DNA of 64,000 nucleotides. Origin: a virus. The position numbers and the translations under genes were made by a program. Within the stretch, counting starts at the first letter, position 1. The number at the start of each line of letters is the position of its first letter. A model generated the notes under the pieces. It made no database searches, was not told the origin of the DNA, and saw nothing but the letters and a program-made list of their open reading frames with translations. The stretch covers positions 32,001 through 96,000 of IMG/VR virus record IMGVR_UViG_3300021142_000012; one strand, 5' to 3'. Positions 18,024 through 26,393 of the stretch are shown piece by piece.

Positions 18024-18052
18024 TTGACACCTCCTTCGGGAGGTGTTATAAT
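18024..18052 (+). promoter_or_regulatory. Consensus sigma70 promoter whose spacer is a perfect cUUCGg hairpin
   Basis: TTGACA (18024-18029), N17, TATAAT (18047-18052). ACACCTCC-TTCG-GGAGGTGT at 18027-18046. Confidence 0.8.
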
Positions 18053-18082
18053 ATATACTATAGTGAACAAACAGGAGCAGAA

Positions 18083-19282
18083 ATGTCGCATACAGATCCA
18101 ATTATAGATAAAATTATTGTAGCTCGTGTAGGGCTATTGCTACGTCATCCTTTCTTTGGCAACATGGCGACACGTTTACAAATTAAAGAAGGCTCCGATT
18201 GGCTTACAACAGCCGCAACCGACGGGCGTGCTATCTATTTTAGCCGTCCATTCTTTGAAAAATTAACTACTAAACAAATCGAATTCGTTATTGCACACGA
18301 AATTATGCACAATGTATTTGATCACATGACACGTCGGGAAGGACGTGATCCTAAAATTTTTAATATTGCCGCTGACTATTGTGTAAATGGACAATTGGTC
18401 CGTGATCGTATCGGTGAGACTATTCCAGAAATTAAAATGTTCCATGATACCAAATACTATGGTTGGGGTGCCGAACAAGTTTATGATGATATCTTTGAAA
18501 AGATGGATGAGCAAGAATTAGAAGCATTGGGCCAACTTATCGACGAACACATCGATTGGGGTGATGACGGCAATGATGGTAATAATGGGCAAGGTAATAG
18601 ACCTAAATATTCTAAAGAAGAATTAAAACAAATCCGTGATGAAATTCGTGAAGCTACTATGCAGGCTGCACAGGCCGCAGGTGCAGGTAATGTACCAGCA
18701 AGTGTACAACGAATGATTAAAGAACTAACAGAACCAAAAATGAATTGGCGTCAATTGTTGCGCCAACAGATCCAAAGTATCATTAAAAATGATTATTCAT
18801 TTATGCGCCCTAATCGTAAAGGTTGGCATATGAACGCAATTTTGCCCGGTACACAATTTGACACTACTATCGATATCTGTGTAGGCATTGATATGTCAGG
18901 CAGTATCGGCGATACTCAGGCCAAAGACTTTATCGGAGAAGTCAAAGGCATTATGCAAGAGTATAAAGATTTCAATCTTAAGTTATGGTGCTTTGATACT
19001 CAGGTTTATAACGAAGCAAATTTCGACGGCTACACTGCTGATGAATTTGACAACTACGAAGTTATGGGTGGCGGCGGCACTGACTTTGACGCCAATTGGG
19101 AATACATGAAGGAAAATGATATTCAACCTAAAAAGTTTATCATGTTTACAGATGGCTATCCTTGCGGCTCTTGGGGTGATGAAAACTATTGCGAAACATT
19201 GTTTATTATTCACGGTAGTAACAGTATTGTTCCGCCTTGGGGCGAATATGCCTATTACGAAGGTGTTAAAGAAACTGCATAA
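18083..19282 (+). CDS. HExxH metallopeptidase-like plus VWA domain protein (DUF2201-like; MoxR partner)
   Basis: TAATDG...AHEIMH, MIDAS motif DMSGS, GGGGTDF and MFTDG. Confidence 0.85.
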   Translation: MSHTDPIIDKIIVARVGLLLRHPFFGNMATRLQIKEGSDWLTTAATDGRAIYFSRPFFEKLTTKQIEFVIAHEIMHNVFDHMTRREGRDPKIFNIAADYCVNGQLVRDRIGETIPEIKMFHDTKYYGWGAEQVYDDIFEKMDEQELEALGQLIDEHIDWGDDGNDGNNGQGNRPKYSKEELKQIRDEIREATMQAAQAAGAGNVPASVQRMIKELTEPKMNWRQLLRQQIQSIIKNDYSFMRPNRKGWHMNAILPGTQFDTTIDICVGIDMSGSIGDTQAKDFIGEVKGIMQEYKDFNLKLWCFDTQVYNEANFDGYTADEFDNYEVMGGGGTDFDANWEYMKENDIQPKKFIMFTDGYPCGSWGDENYCETLFIIHGSNSIVPPWGEYAYYEGVKETA

Positions 19283-19569
19283 TGGCGTTAAAGAATAGTA
19301 AACCTAATCCTTTAAATTACTTTGATTTACGAAGAGTAGAATTTGCAGCCCCGCATTTTAAGTACATAATCTTAGAAAAATATACTCCAAATTATATCAA
19401 AATGATCGATGATTGGATCAGTAAAAATTTAAATAATAGGTATTACATAGGGCAGTTTTTAATGCTAGATCACAATAACGTAATAGTATACACTACTAGA
19501 GTCGGTTTTGAAAGTGAAAAAGAACTTAGCTTCTTCAATCTTGCCTGTCCAGTTTTACAACAGAGATAA
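19282..19569 (+). CDS. Hypothetical protein
   Basis: TAATG overlap with the VWA gene. Confidence 0.7.
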   Translation: MALKNSKPNPLNYFDLRRVEFAAPHFKYIILEKYTPNYIKMIDDWISKNLNNRYYIGQFLMLDHNNVIVYTTRVGFESEKELSFFNLACPVLQQR

Positions 19570-19597
19570 TTATATACGTACATATTAAGGAGATACT

Positions 19598-19849
19598 ATG
19601 TCAGATACAGTAGATACACAAGAACAACAAACGGCTGCTCCAGAAGCACAAGCTCAACAGCCAAATCCAAATGAATTAACAATTAACGATCTTAACGCAA
19701 TGAAAGTTATTATCGATATCGCTAGTTCACGTGGTGCATTCCAACCAAAAGAAATGAAAGTAGTTGGACAAACTTATGAAAAATTAGAAGCGTTCCTAGC
19801 TGAAGTACAGAAACAAGCAGAAGCAGCGAAGGCCGCACAAGGACAATAA
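19598..19849 (+). CDS. Hypothetical protein
   Basis: Strong AAGGAG RBS; Q/A-rich termini. Confidence 0.75.
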   Translation: MSDTVDTQEQQTAAPEAQAQQPNPNELTINDLNAMKVIIDIASSRGAFQPKEMKVVGQTYEKLEAFLAEVQKQAEAAKAAQGQ

Positions 19850-19850
19850 A

Positions 19851-20519
19851 ATGGCTACATTAAAACATGTAGGTAGAATTAAATCAACAGGCAAACGAGT
19901 AGTCGTTGCCTATAGAACACTACCTGGTGATGCGCATCACGCATTAGTAGTACTAACAGAAGGACTAAGCGATAGTTATCACAATGCTCTTATTAGTGCT
20001 GTTGAAAGCAATGCTGGTCAAGAAGCAAACGAATTTGCTGAAGCAATGGATCGTACACAAACTCCAGATGGCTACAATATGCTACATGCATTCCATAGTC
20101 AAGGTAAACTAGTAAAACTACCTACAGCTGATGTTGAAATGTTGCCAAGTCCCGGAGTAACTGTATTGTTAAGCGAATTGAATCAGATTATTGCTGAGCA
20201 ACGCGGTGTTCCAGTAGACGAACTATCAGTTAAGCCAAGCGAAGCTGAATTAAAACGTCAAGCAAAAGCTACAGAAGCACGTACACGTGATCTCGGCGAA
20301 CCAGCGGCTGCTGAAAGTGATACATCTAAAACAACTAGCTCAAGTATTAATGAGTCAATTGATCTTGATATCCCAGATAGCCCAACTGCTACTCCAGAAT
20401 CAAGAGCAAAACAATATCGTAGTCAAGCTGACAAATTAGCTAAACAAGCGGCAGAGTTCCGTAGAAAAGCTGAAGAATTAGTTCCTACAGTTAAGAAGAA
20501 ATCTAAAGACGCTGCTTGA
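19851..20519 (+). CDS. Hypothetical phage protein
   Basis: 222 aa with a helical C-terminus. Confidence 0.75.
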   Translation: MATLKHVGRIKSTGKRVVVAYRTLPGDAHHALVVLTEGLSDSYHNALISAVESNAGQEANEFAEAMDRTQTPDGYNMLHAFHSQGKLVKLPTADVEMLPSPGVTVLLSELNQIIAEQRGVPVDELSVKPSEAELKRQAKATEARTRDLGEPAAAESDTSKTTSSSINESIDLDIPDSPTATPESRAKQYRSQADKLAKQAAEFRRKAEELVPTVKKKSKDAA

Positions 20520-20842
20520 TAATGACATCTAAGGGAAAAAATCTTCCCGAGGATGTCATAAAACATTGGCCAGAAATATTTGGTGAGGTTCATTTAAATG
20601 TGATGCCTCTTAGGTATCTCCATACCGTTCTGGTTAATTTTAAGGATGGCAAAACTTGGGAAATTAAAATAACAGCCGCTGCTCGTAAAGAAGGGTGGGC
20701 TACCTTTGAAAAGACCTTAAGTGAACTTTGTAGAAGTTATGAATCTAGTATCGAAGATATTGATTTTAAATTAGACACAGATTTACTTAAAAAGCATGTC
20801 GAACAAAGCACACAACAATTTTTAAAGAAAAGAAAGTTATAA
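20516..20842 (+). CDS. Hypothetical protein
   Basis: 108-aa ORF in the operon. Confidence 0.7.
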   Translation: MIMTSKGKNLPEDVIKHWPEIFGEVHLNVMPLRYLHTVLVNFKDGKTWEIKITAAARKEGWATFEKTLSELCRSYESSIEDIDFKLDTDLLKKHVEQSTQQFLKKRKL

Positions 20843-21526
20843 ATGAATGTTCGATTACTCAGTTACTCCCAACCCACACAGGAATTTGCAGATTTGGGCA
20901 TCCAAGATGCGCAGGAACTCATTGCGTATTGCGCCCGTGTCAGCAATCCCAGCAATCAACTTAACACCGAAACATCAGCAAAACTCATCCAATACCTCAT
21001 CAAACACCAGCACTGGAGCCCACTCGAAATGGTCTCAGCCTGTATTGAAATCACCACAACAAGAGATATTGCAAGACAAATCCTTAGACATAGAAGCTTC
21101 AGTTTCCAAGAGTTCAGTCAGCGATATGCTGACCCTACTAAAGACTTGTCGTTTGTACTGCGAGATGCGAGAAGACAAGATCTCAAAAATAGACAAAACT
21201 CCGTAGAGCTAGACTTAACGAATGATGCAGATCGATTCCTTGCTACGCAATGGGAAGAAATGCAGAAACGAGTTACTAGAGAATCATTAAATGCATATGA
21301 ATGGGCTATTAGTGCTGGTATTGCTAAAGAGCAAGCACGTGCTGTATTGCCAGAAGGCTTAATTGAAAGTCGTTTATATATGAATGGTACACTGCGTAGC
21401 TGGATACACTTTATTGAGCTACGTTCAGCTAATGGCACACAAAAGGAACATCAAGAAGTTGCTATTGCCTGTGCAAAAGTTATTGCTGAGATCTTTCCAA
21501 TGACCACTGATCTTTTAGCCAAGTAA
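20843..21526 (+). CDS. thyX: Flavin-dependent thymidylate synthase
   Basis: ThyX motif RHRSFSFQEFSQRY, plus HWSPLE and AKEQARAVLP. Confidence 0.95.
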   Translation: MNVRLLSYSQPTQEFADLGIQDAQELIAYCARVSNPSNQLNTETSAKLIQYLIKHQHWSPLEMVSACIEITTTRDIARQILRHRSFSFQEFSQRYADPTKDLSFVLRDARRQDLKNRQNSVELDLTNDADRFLATQWEEMQKRVTRESLNAYEWAISAGIAKEQARAVLPEGLIESRLYMNGTLRSWIHFIELRSANGTQKEHQEVAIACAKVIAEIFPMTTDLLAK

Positions 21527-22826
21527 AATCATTTATTTTAGAAAGTGCCACTGGATCAGTGGCATTTCTTTCACCGTATTCTCTGCCTTGAATAGCACCC
21601 ATATATGCATGAGCACCATATGGCACATCTTCATTTAATTGGCACCATGCATCTAATCGAGACAATGCTTCTTCGTTATTAATTACTGCCAATTTACAAC
21701 ACTCTCTAAATGCACTGCGCCACGTACTAAATGAACTTGTATTAAATGCAGTAATATTACTTACAGTATCAACTACTTTAAATTTATTACTAATATTCAT
21801 AGTCATATCCATCGTGCTTGTATTCATATCAATAGTAAGCTGTTTTGGAAATAACTTAACACCACCGTATCCGTATTCTAAATTGTTAATAGGATTTCGG
21901 CTGCGCCAAACATGTACCATATTTTGATCATAGTACGGAACTTGATAATTGAAATCAAAGTCTTCAACTAGTTCTGCATCTGCATCGACTACCCAAAACA
22001 TATTAGTAGTAGATAATTTAGCAGCTTCAATATGAGCATTATGTATTCCCACTACCCCGTTAATTCTGTGAATATTTCTGTGGGGTGATCTAGATTTTAA
22101 TTTTTCAAAGTTGCTATCAGCAAACTCTTCATAATATGAGATAAAAACAATATCAAATAGATTAGGATCGCTAGCTATAATATCTATTTCTTTTTTGTTT
22201 ATAAAAAATCGATTGTTTATTTCTCTACTAGTTATTTTATGTTTTTTTGGAACTAAGCATATACCGTCATAATATTCGCCATTGCGAAACACGTGTACTA
22301 CTGTTTGATCATAATACGGCACTTGATAATCAAAATTAAAAGAGCTAGATACTATTAAATCATTCCATACAACCCAAAACATATTAGTTTTAGAACTAGC
22401 TAGTGCTGTTTGATATTCTTCAAATGTACTAACATAAAAAATATTATAGGGCTTTGGTATACTTGCTAGTATATCTACTTCTTTTTTGTTGATAAAAAAT
22501 CTGTAGTCTAATTCTCTATTAGTTATTTTATTTAATTTTGGAACTAGGCATACTCCGTCGTAGTACTTGCCGTTTCGAAATACATGAATAAATTCCTGGT
22601 CCCATTCGGGAACTTTGTATTCAAAATTAAAACTGTCTAGTATTTCTAAATTATCCCACACCACCCAAAACATTTTTGTAAATGCTTTTTTAACTGCCTG
22701 ATCAAATGCTGTACGAATATTATCTGTAATTATGACACGTTTAATTAATGGAAATCTTTCTTGTAGCTTAGAAAAGGCAGCACGCGAGTGATCTGTATCA
22801 GAGCAAAGAAATATAATATCATACAC
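21480..22826 (-). CDS. GT-A-like glycosyltransferase with three tandem homologous domains
   Basis: Three T(K/N)MFWVV...F(N/D)F.Y.VP..DQ...HV repeats. Only the third has DxD (VVDADAE). Paralogous to the ORF at 22819. Confidence 0.65.
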   Translation of the reverse strand: MYDIIFLCSDTDHSRAAFSKLQERFPLIKRVIITDNIRTAFDQAVKKAFTKMFWVVWDNLEILDSFNFEYKVPEWDQEFIHVFRNGKYYDGVCLVPKLNKITNRELDYRFFINKKEVDILASIPKPYNIFYVSTFEEYQTALASSKTNMFWVVWNDLIVSSSFNFDYQVPYYDQTVVHVFRNGEYYDGICLVPKKHKITSREINNRFFINKKEIDIIASDPNLFDIVFISYYEEFADSNFEKLKSRSPHRNIHRINGVVGIHNAHIEAAKLSTTNMFWVVDADAELVEDFDFNYQVPYYDQNMVHVWRSRNPINNLEYGYGGVKLFPKQLTIDMNTSTMDMTMNISNKFKVVDTVSNITAFNTSSFSTWRSAFRECCKLAVINNEEALSRLDAWCQLNEDVPYGAHAYMGAIQGREYGERNATDPVALSKINDFTWLKDQWSLERSQQ

Positions 22827-23718
22827 GACGAATTATCCTCGGAGTATTTTGATATACTGTTTTAAAAAACTTACTACTATCTGGGTCGAGATCCGATATT
22901 TCTAACTTAGAGTTCTTGATAAGTTCTCGTCCATAAAATTTACATAAGTCGATTTGTGCGTCTACGTCTTTCTGTTTATGATTATCATTCCAGTAGGTTG
23001 TTAAATATTCAAAATCGCGAACATTAGCATAGTCCCAATCCGTGCAGTTAGTTAAGTATGCACCTTCACGTGCTCCTAACATACTATAAAACCCATTTTC
23101 TACATCAGTGCCAACTGAACACCATACTAGGAGTCTATGATAATTTTGCCACCAAATAGTTTTAAGATCTTTTACCTTGGCACCTTGATCTAATGACATT
23201 TTTACACCTTCACGGAACCCTGCCCTCCATGCTTGGAATGGAGTAGCATTAGTATAACTTTCACTATAATTTTCATTAAACTGATAGTATCGATCATCAA
23301 AACAAAACTCAACTAGACCCTTAGTGTCAGAGGGATCTGAATTTTCATGGGTTCGCATTTCATTTACAAACTTACGAGTCCAAAGTTTTAAACCACCATT
23401 GCCGTACATGAGTCCGTTAACATGAACACGGCCGCACCAACTAAAAACATTTTCACTGGTTAATCCCAGTGCATCTAAGTCTATATTAACTTCTAAAAAT
23501 TTAGGATCTACAATATTATCAGCATCTACAGTGACAAAGTATTCAGTTTCGCTAAGTGCGGCACAGGCTTTATGTGCGGCATCACTGCCTTTAACTCCGT
23601 GAACACGTTTAGCCCAGGGTGCTTTTGATAATAAATCTGCATAATTTTTCTCAGCATTTGGTTCATCATAACTTAGAAATATAATGTCTTGTTCTATAAT
23701 TTTAATTGGATCACTCAT
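22819..23718 (-). CDS. GT-A-like glycosyltransferase
   Basis: DIIFLSYDEPNAE...AHKACA...FVTVDADN (DxD), GNGGLKLW and AWRAGFRE. Confidence 0.65.
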   Translation of the reverse strand: MSDPIKIIEQDIIFLSYDEPNAEKNYADLLSKAPWAKRVHGVKGSDAAHKACAALSETEYFVTVDADNIVDPKFLEVNIDLDALGLTSENVFSWCGRVHVNGLMYGNGGLKLWTRKFVNEMRTHENSDPSDTKGLVEFCFDDRYYQFNENYSESYTNATPFQAWRAGFREGVKMSLDQGAKVKDLKTIWWQNYHRLLVWCSVGTDVENGFYSMLGAREGAYLTNCTDWDYANVRDFEYLTTYWNDNHKQKDVDAQIDLCKFYGRELIKNSKLEISDLDPDSSKFFKTVYQNTPRIIRRV

Positions 23719-24304
23719 TTACTATCCTTAATTTATAGCTTCTAAAAGCTATCTTTGAGCTAATTGAAATCTTAGTTATGTCTTGTTCTAATTTACTTTC
23801 AAATGGTACTTTTATTTTATCATTATTTACTAGCAGTTGCACATCTAATGGGATTGTTCTAATTAAAAAATCAAAGTCTGTTTCCAGTGTTACAAAAAAT
23901 ATCACAGTTGAAATAATCAAATTGTCATTAATAAATTTTTTATATACAGGATCCAAACTAATATACCATGCTTGATCTGGGCTATTCCATTCAACAGTGC
24001 AATCTGTTTTTGCTTTCTTTTCTGTGATCCACTCGAATAGATTATTTTTGAAAGCATACCCTTGATCTGTTTTCTGCACAATCGCAAACTCAGTCTTTCC
24101 ATCAGCCGTACGCTTATTACCAACTAGATAATCACCAAACTTATATTCACCTGAAATAAACGGATCGGCATCCTCACGTGTAATTTCAATATAATGTTGA
24201 AAGGTAGGATTCTTTGCATTTCCGACACAGAGAATTCCACCAGATTTTTTATCGTAGTGTAGATAAAATTTTATCGGTTCGACTTTATTTTTTCTTTTTG
24301 CCAT
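23711..24304 (-). CDS. Hypothetical protein in the GT cluster
   Basis: 197-aa ORF overlapping both neighbours. Confidence 0.7.
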   Translation of the reverse strand: MAKRKNKVEPIKFYLHYDKKSGGILCVGNAKNPTFQHYIEITREDADPFISGEYKFGDYLVGNKRTADGKTEFAIVQKTDQGYAFKNNLFEWITEKKAKTDCTVEWNSPDQAWYISLDPVYKKFINDNLIISTVIFFVTLETDFDFLIRTIPLDVQLLVNNDKIKVPFESKLEQDITKISISSKIAFRSYKLRIVNE

Positions 24305-25139
24305 CTAATGTATTCTCTAATCTTGTAACTATTTCTTTACTTAAAAAATCTTTCTCTACATAGTGAAATAATTTAGTCTGTTTAATATTGCCTACTATTA
24401 AATTACCCTTGGTATTTAAAACAAACGGTACAGTATCTTGCCAAGTCGCTGGCAATGGTTGCCAACCTTGTATAGCAGGTTTCATATGTATAAATTCTAA
24501 CGGGCTAGATTCGTCTATAATATGCTGATGCCCACCCATTATTTCTATTGCGACTGCCGAAGCTAAATCCATACTTAACCAATTTTGATAATCCACAGGA
24601 GCAAACTTAGTCCATGACCATTCCCAATTATTACAGACAAATTCTAATACTTTATAAAACTCTAATGCCAGTTGACTTTTCTTAAAATAATGTAATGCAA
24701 AATATGGATTAGTTAGATTATTTGAACGAAATGCTTTGCGATATACTGTATCATTTATTGTTTCTAATTTATAGTTTTTAATACGACTACAAAAGGATAA
24801 ATCATGATTGCTACAATATTCCCACCAGCCATTGATATCTTCTAGCAGTAACATATCTGTATCTAGAACAATAGTTTCATGATACGGACTAGCATGAAAT
24901 AATTTCCAACGATTCTCTACCTTCCATTTAGTATTAACTGCATCGTCACGGAATGGTATAGGAATAATTTGATCAAATAATTTTTGGTACTTTTTAGGCA
25001 CAGGATCGTTAGTAACTAGGCTAATATCAGTAACCGTTGACTGACTTATTTTTATACTAAGGGCTAATGCATAGGCCTGTTTAATATAATCAATACCTTC
25101 TGAGTTTTGTGCAAGAACTAGAAATCCTTTAGACACCAT
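24285..25139 (-). CDS. GT-A glycosyltransferase-like protein (GT8/mannosyltransferase-like)
   Basis: ALALSIK...FDQII...SPYHETIVLDTDMLL (DxD)...FIHMK. Confidence 0.7.
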   Translation of the reverse strand: MVSKGFLVLAQNSEGIDYIKQAYALALSIKISQSTVTDISLVTNDPVPKKYQKLFDQIIPIPFRDDAVNTKWKVENRWKLFHASPYHETIVLDTDMLLLEDINGWWEYCSNHDLSFCSRIKNYKLETINDTVYRKAFRSNNLTNPYFALHYFKKSQLALEFYKVLEFVCNNWEWSWTKFAPVDYQNWLSMDLASAVAIEIMGGHQHIIDESSPLEFIHMKPAIQGWQPLPATWQDTVPFVLNTKGNLIVGNIKQTKLFHYVEKDFLSKEIVTRLENTLDGKKKK

Positions 25140-25974
25140 AACCTCCATCTATATAACGTATAATGCTAGATTTGTTCATAACATGCACATCAGTATCTTC
25201 AATTTTTGCTGCTATATATTCGCCTAGATGTTTTTCTTTTTCAACTAGAAATTGCATCTTTTGATCATTAATATCTAATAGTATATCTTTATCAATTGTG
25301 TAAAACATTTGTCCAGGTAAATCAGTAACGAACTCCCCGTTGGTTTTTCCATTCATTAAATGTATAGCAATACTAAATGCTATATCATTCCTATACATTG
25401 CATTTTCTATGCTGTATAAAACTCTAAAATAAAACCAGTTTGATTTAATATAACTAATCAAATCAAAGAAAGATTTAATAATAGGATTCTTATCAAAAAC
25501 AAAAACGGTAGCCCAATAAAATGGAATCGAATAACAATTTATCCTTTCAAATGCACTAGTGTCTCTCCATCCTGCTAAATCAAAACTTTTTCGATAGATT
25601 TGAAAATCGCTATCAGTATCTAATGCTAGTTTTAATATATTAGAATTAATAATATAGTCACTATCTAATACTAAGGTACGATCGTACGGTGTCAAATCAT
25701 AAACACTATTGCGAGATAAATTTTTCCATTCTACCAGTTTAGCTGATAATGTTCCATCATAAAACTTTTTGCTTGTTGGCTTTTCCGCAGGAATTTCAAT
25801 TACTTGATCAAAGGGATGATCAGGGTACGTGTCGTTAAGATATTTTACATTATCTGTTATAAGACTAACAGGGATGTTTAAAAATTTAGTCGCACGATTG
25901 GCTGCAAATATTGCAATTTTAACATAGTCAATAATTGAATTATTTTGAGCAAAAATTACTGCACCAACAGTCAT
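25129..25974 (-). CDS. GT-A glycosyltransferase-like protein, paralog of the adjacent gene
   Basis: FDQVI...TPYDRTLVLDSDYII (DxD)...RNDIAFSIA...VHVMNK. Confidence 0.7.
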   Translation of the reverse strand: MTVGAVIFAQNNSIIDYVKIAIFAANRATKFLNIPVSLITDNVKYLNDTYPDHPFDQVIEIPAEKPTSKKFYDGTLSAKLVEWKNLSRNSVYDLTPYDRTLVLDSDYIINSNILKLALDTDSDFQIYRKSFDLAGWRDTSAFERINCYSIPFYWATVFVFDKNPIIKSFFDLISYIKSNWFYFRVLYSIENAMYRNDIAFSIAIHLMNGKTNGEFVTDLPGQMFYTIDKDILLDINDQKMQFLVEKEKHLGEYIAAKIEDTDVHVMNKSSIIRYIDGGYGV

Positions 25975-26321
25975 AGCTCAACAATATCCTTAACTTTACG
26001 CTTGCTCTTTATTACTGTAAATTTAGCTGAATAATCATTTAACGCTTCAAAATATACAGCAGTTATACTATCAAAAAATTCTTGAACATTGTCAATAACA
26101 ACAGGAAAATTATTATCATCAACAAAAGGCAAATCATCAGTGTGACCTAAATCTAACGCTGTTTTAGTAAAGTTAATAAGACTAGGAGTTACTTTAAATG
26201 TTCCACCATTTTTGTAGTAGATACATTTTTGGTTAAACTCTTCTAAGATAATTCTTCTTTGATTTGATAGTGTAGCCATATAGCTAGCAACTTCAAATGC
26301 TTTTTCAATTCTTTCGTCCAT
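25971..26321 (-). CDS. Hypothetical protein, first gene of the GT cluster
   Basis: GGAG RBS; downstream of a minus-strand promoter. Confidence 0.7.
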   Translation of the reverse strand: MDERIEKAFEVASYMATLSNQRRIILEEFNQKCIYYKNGGTFKVTPSLINFTKTALDLGHTDDLPFVDDNNFPVVIDNVQEFFDSITAVYFEALNDYSAKFTVIKSKRKVKDIVEL

Positions 26322-26341
26322 AGATAACTCCGTAATGTATC

Positions 26342-26370
26342 ATTGTACACTACAGTAATTAGCTTGTCAA
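26342..26370 (-). promoter_or_regulatory. Sigma70-type promoter for the GT cluster
   Basis: Minus-strand TTGACA (26370-26365), 17-bp spacer, TACAAT (26347-26342). Confidence 0.7.
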
Positions 26371-26393
26371 CCTATTAGAAGAAACTAAATTGA

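Noticed and set aside
90-21438. Numerous short minus-strand and alternate-frame ORFs in the + strand block
   Set aside because: They overlap well-supported genes and lack motifs; treated as spurious.
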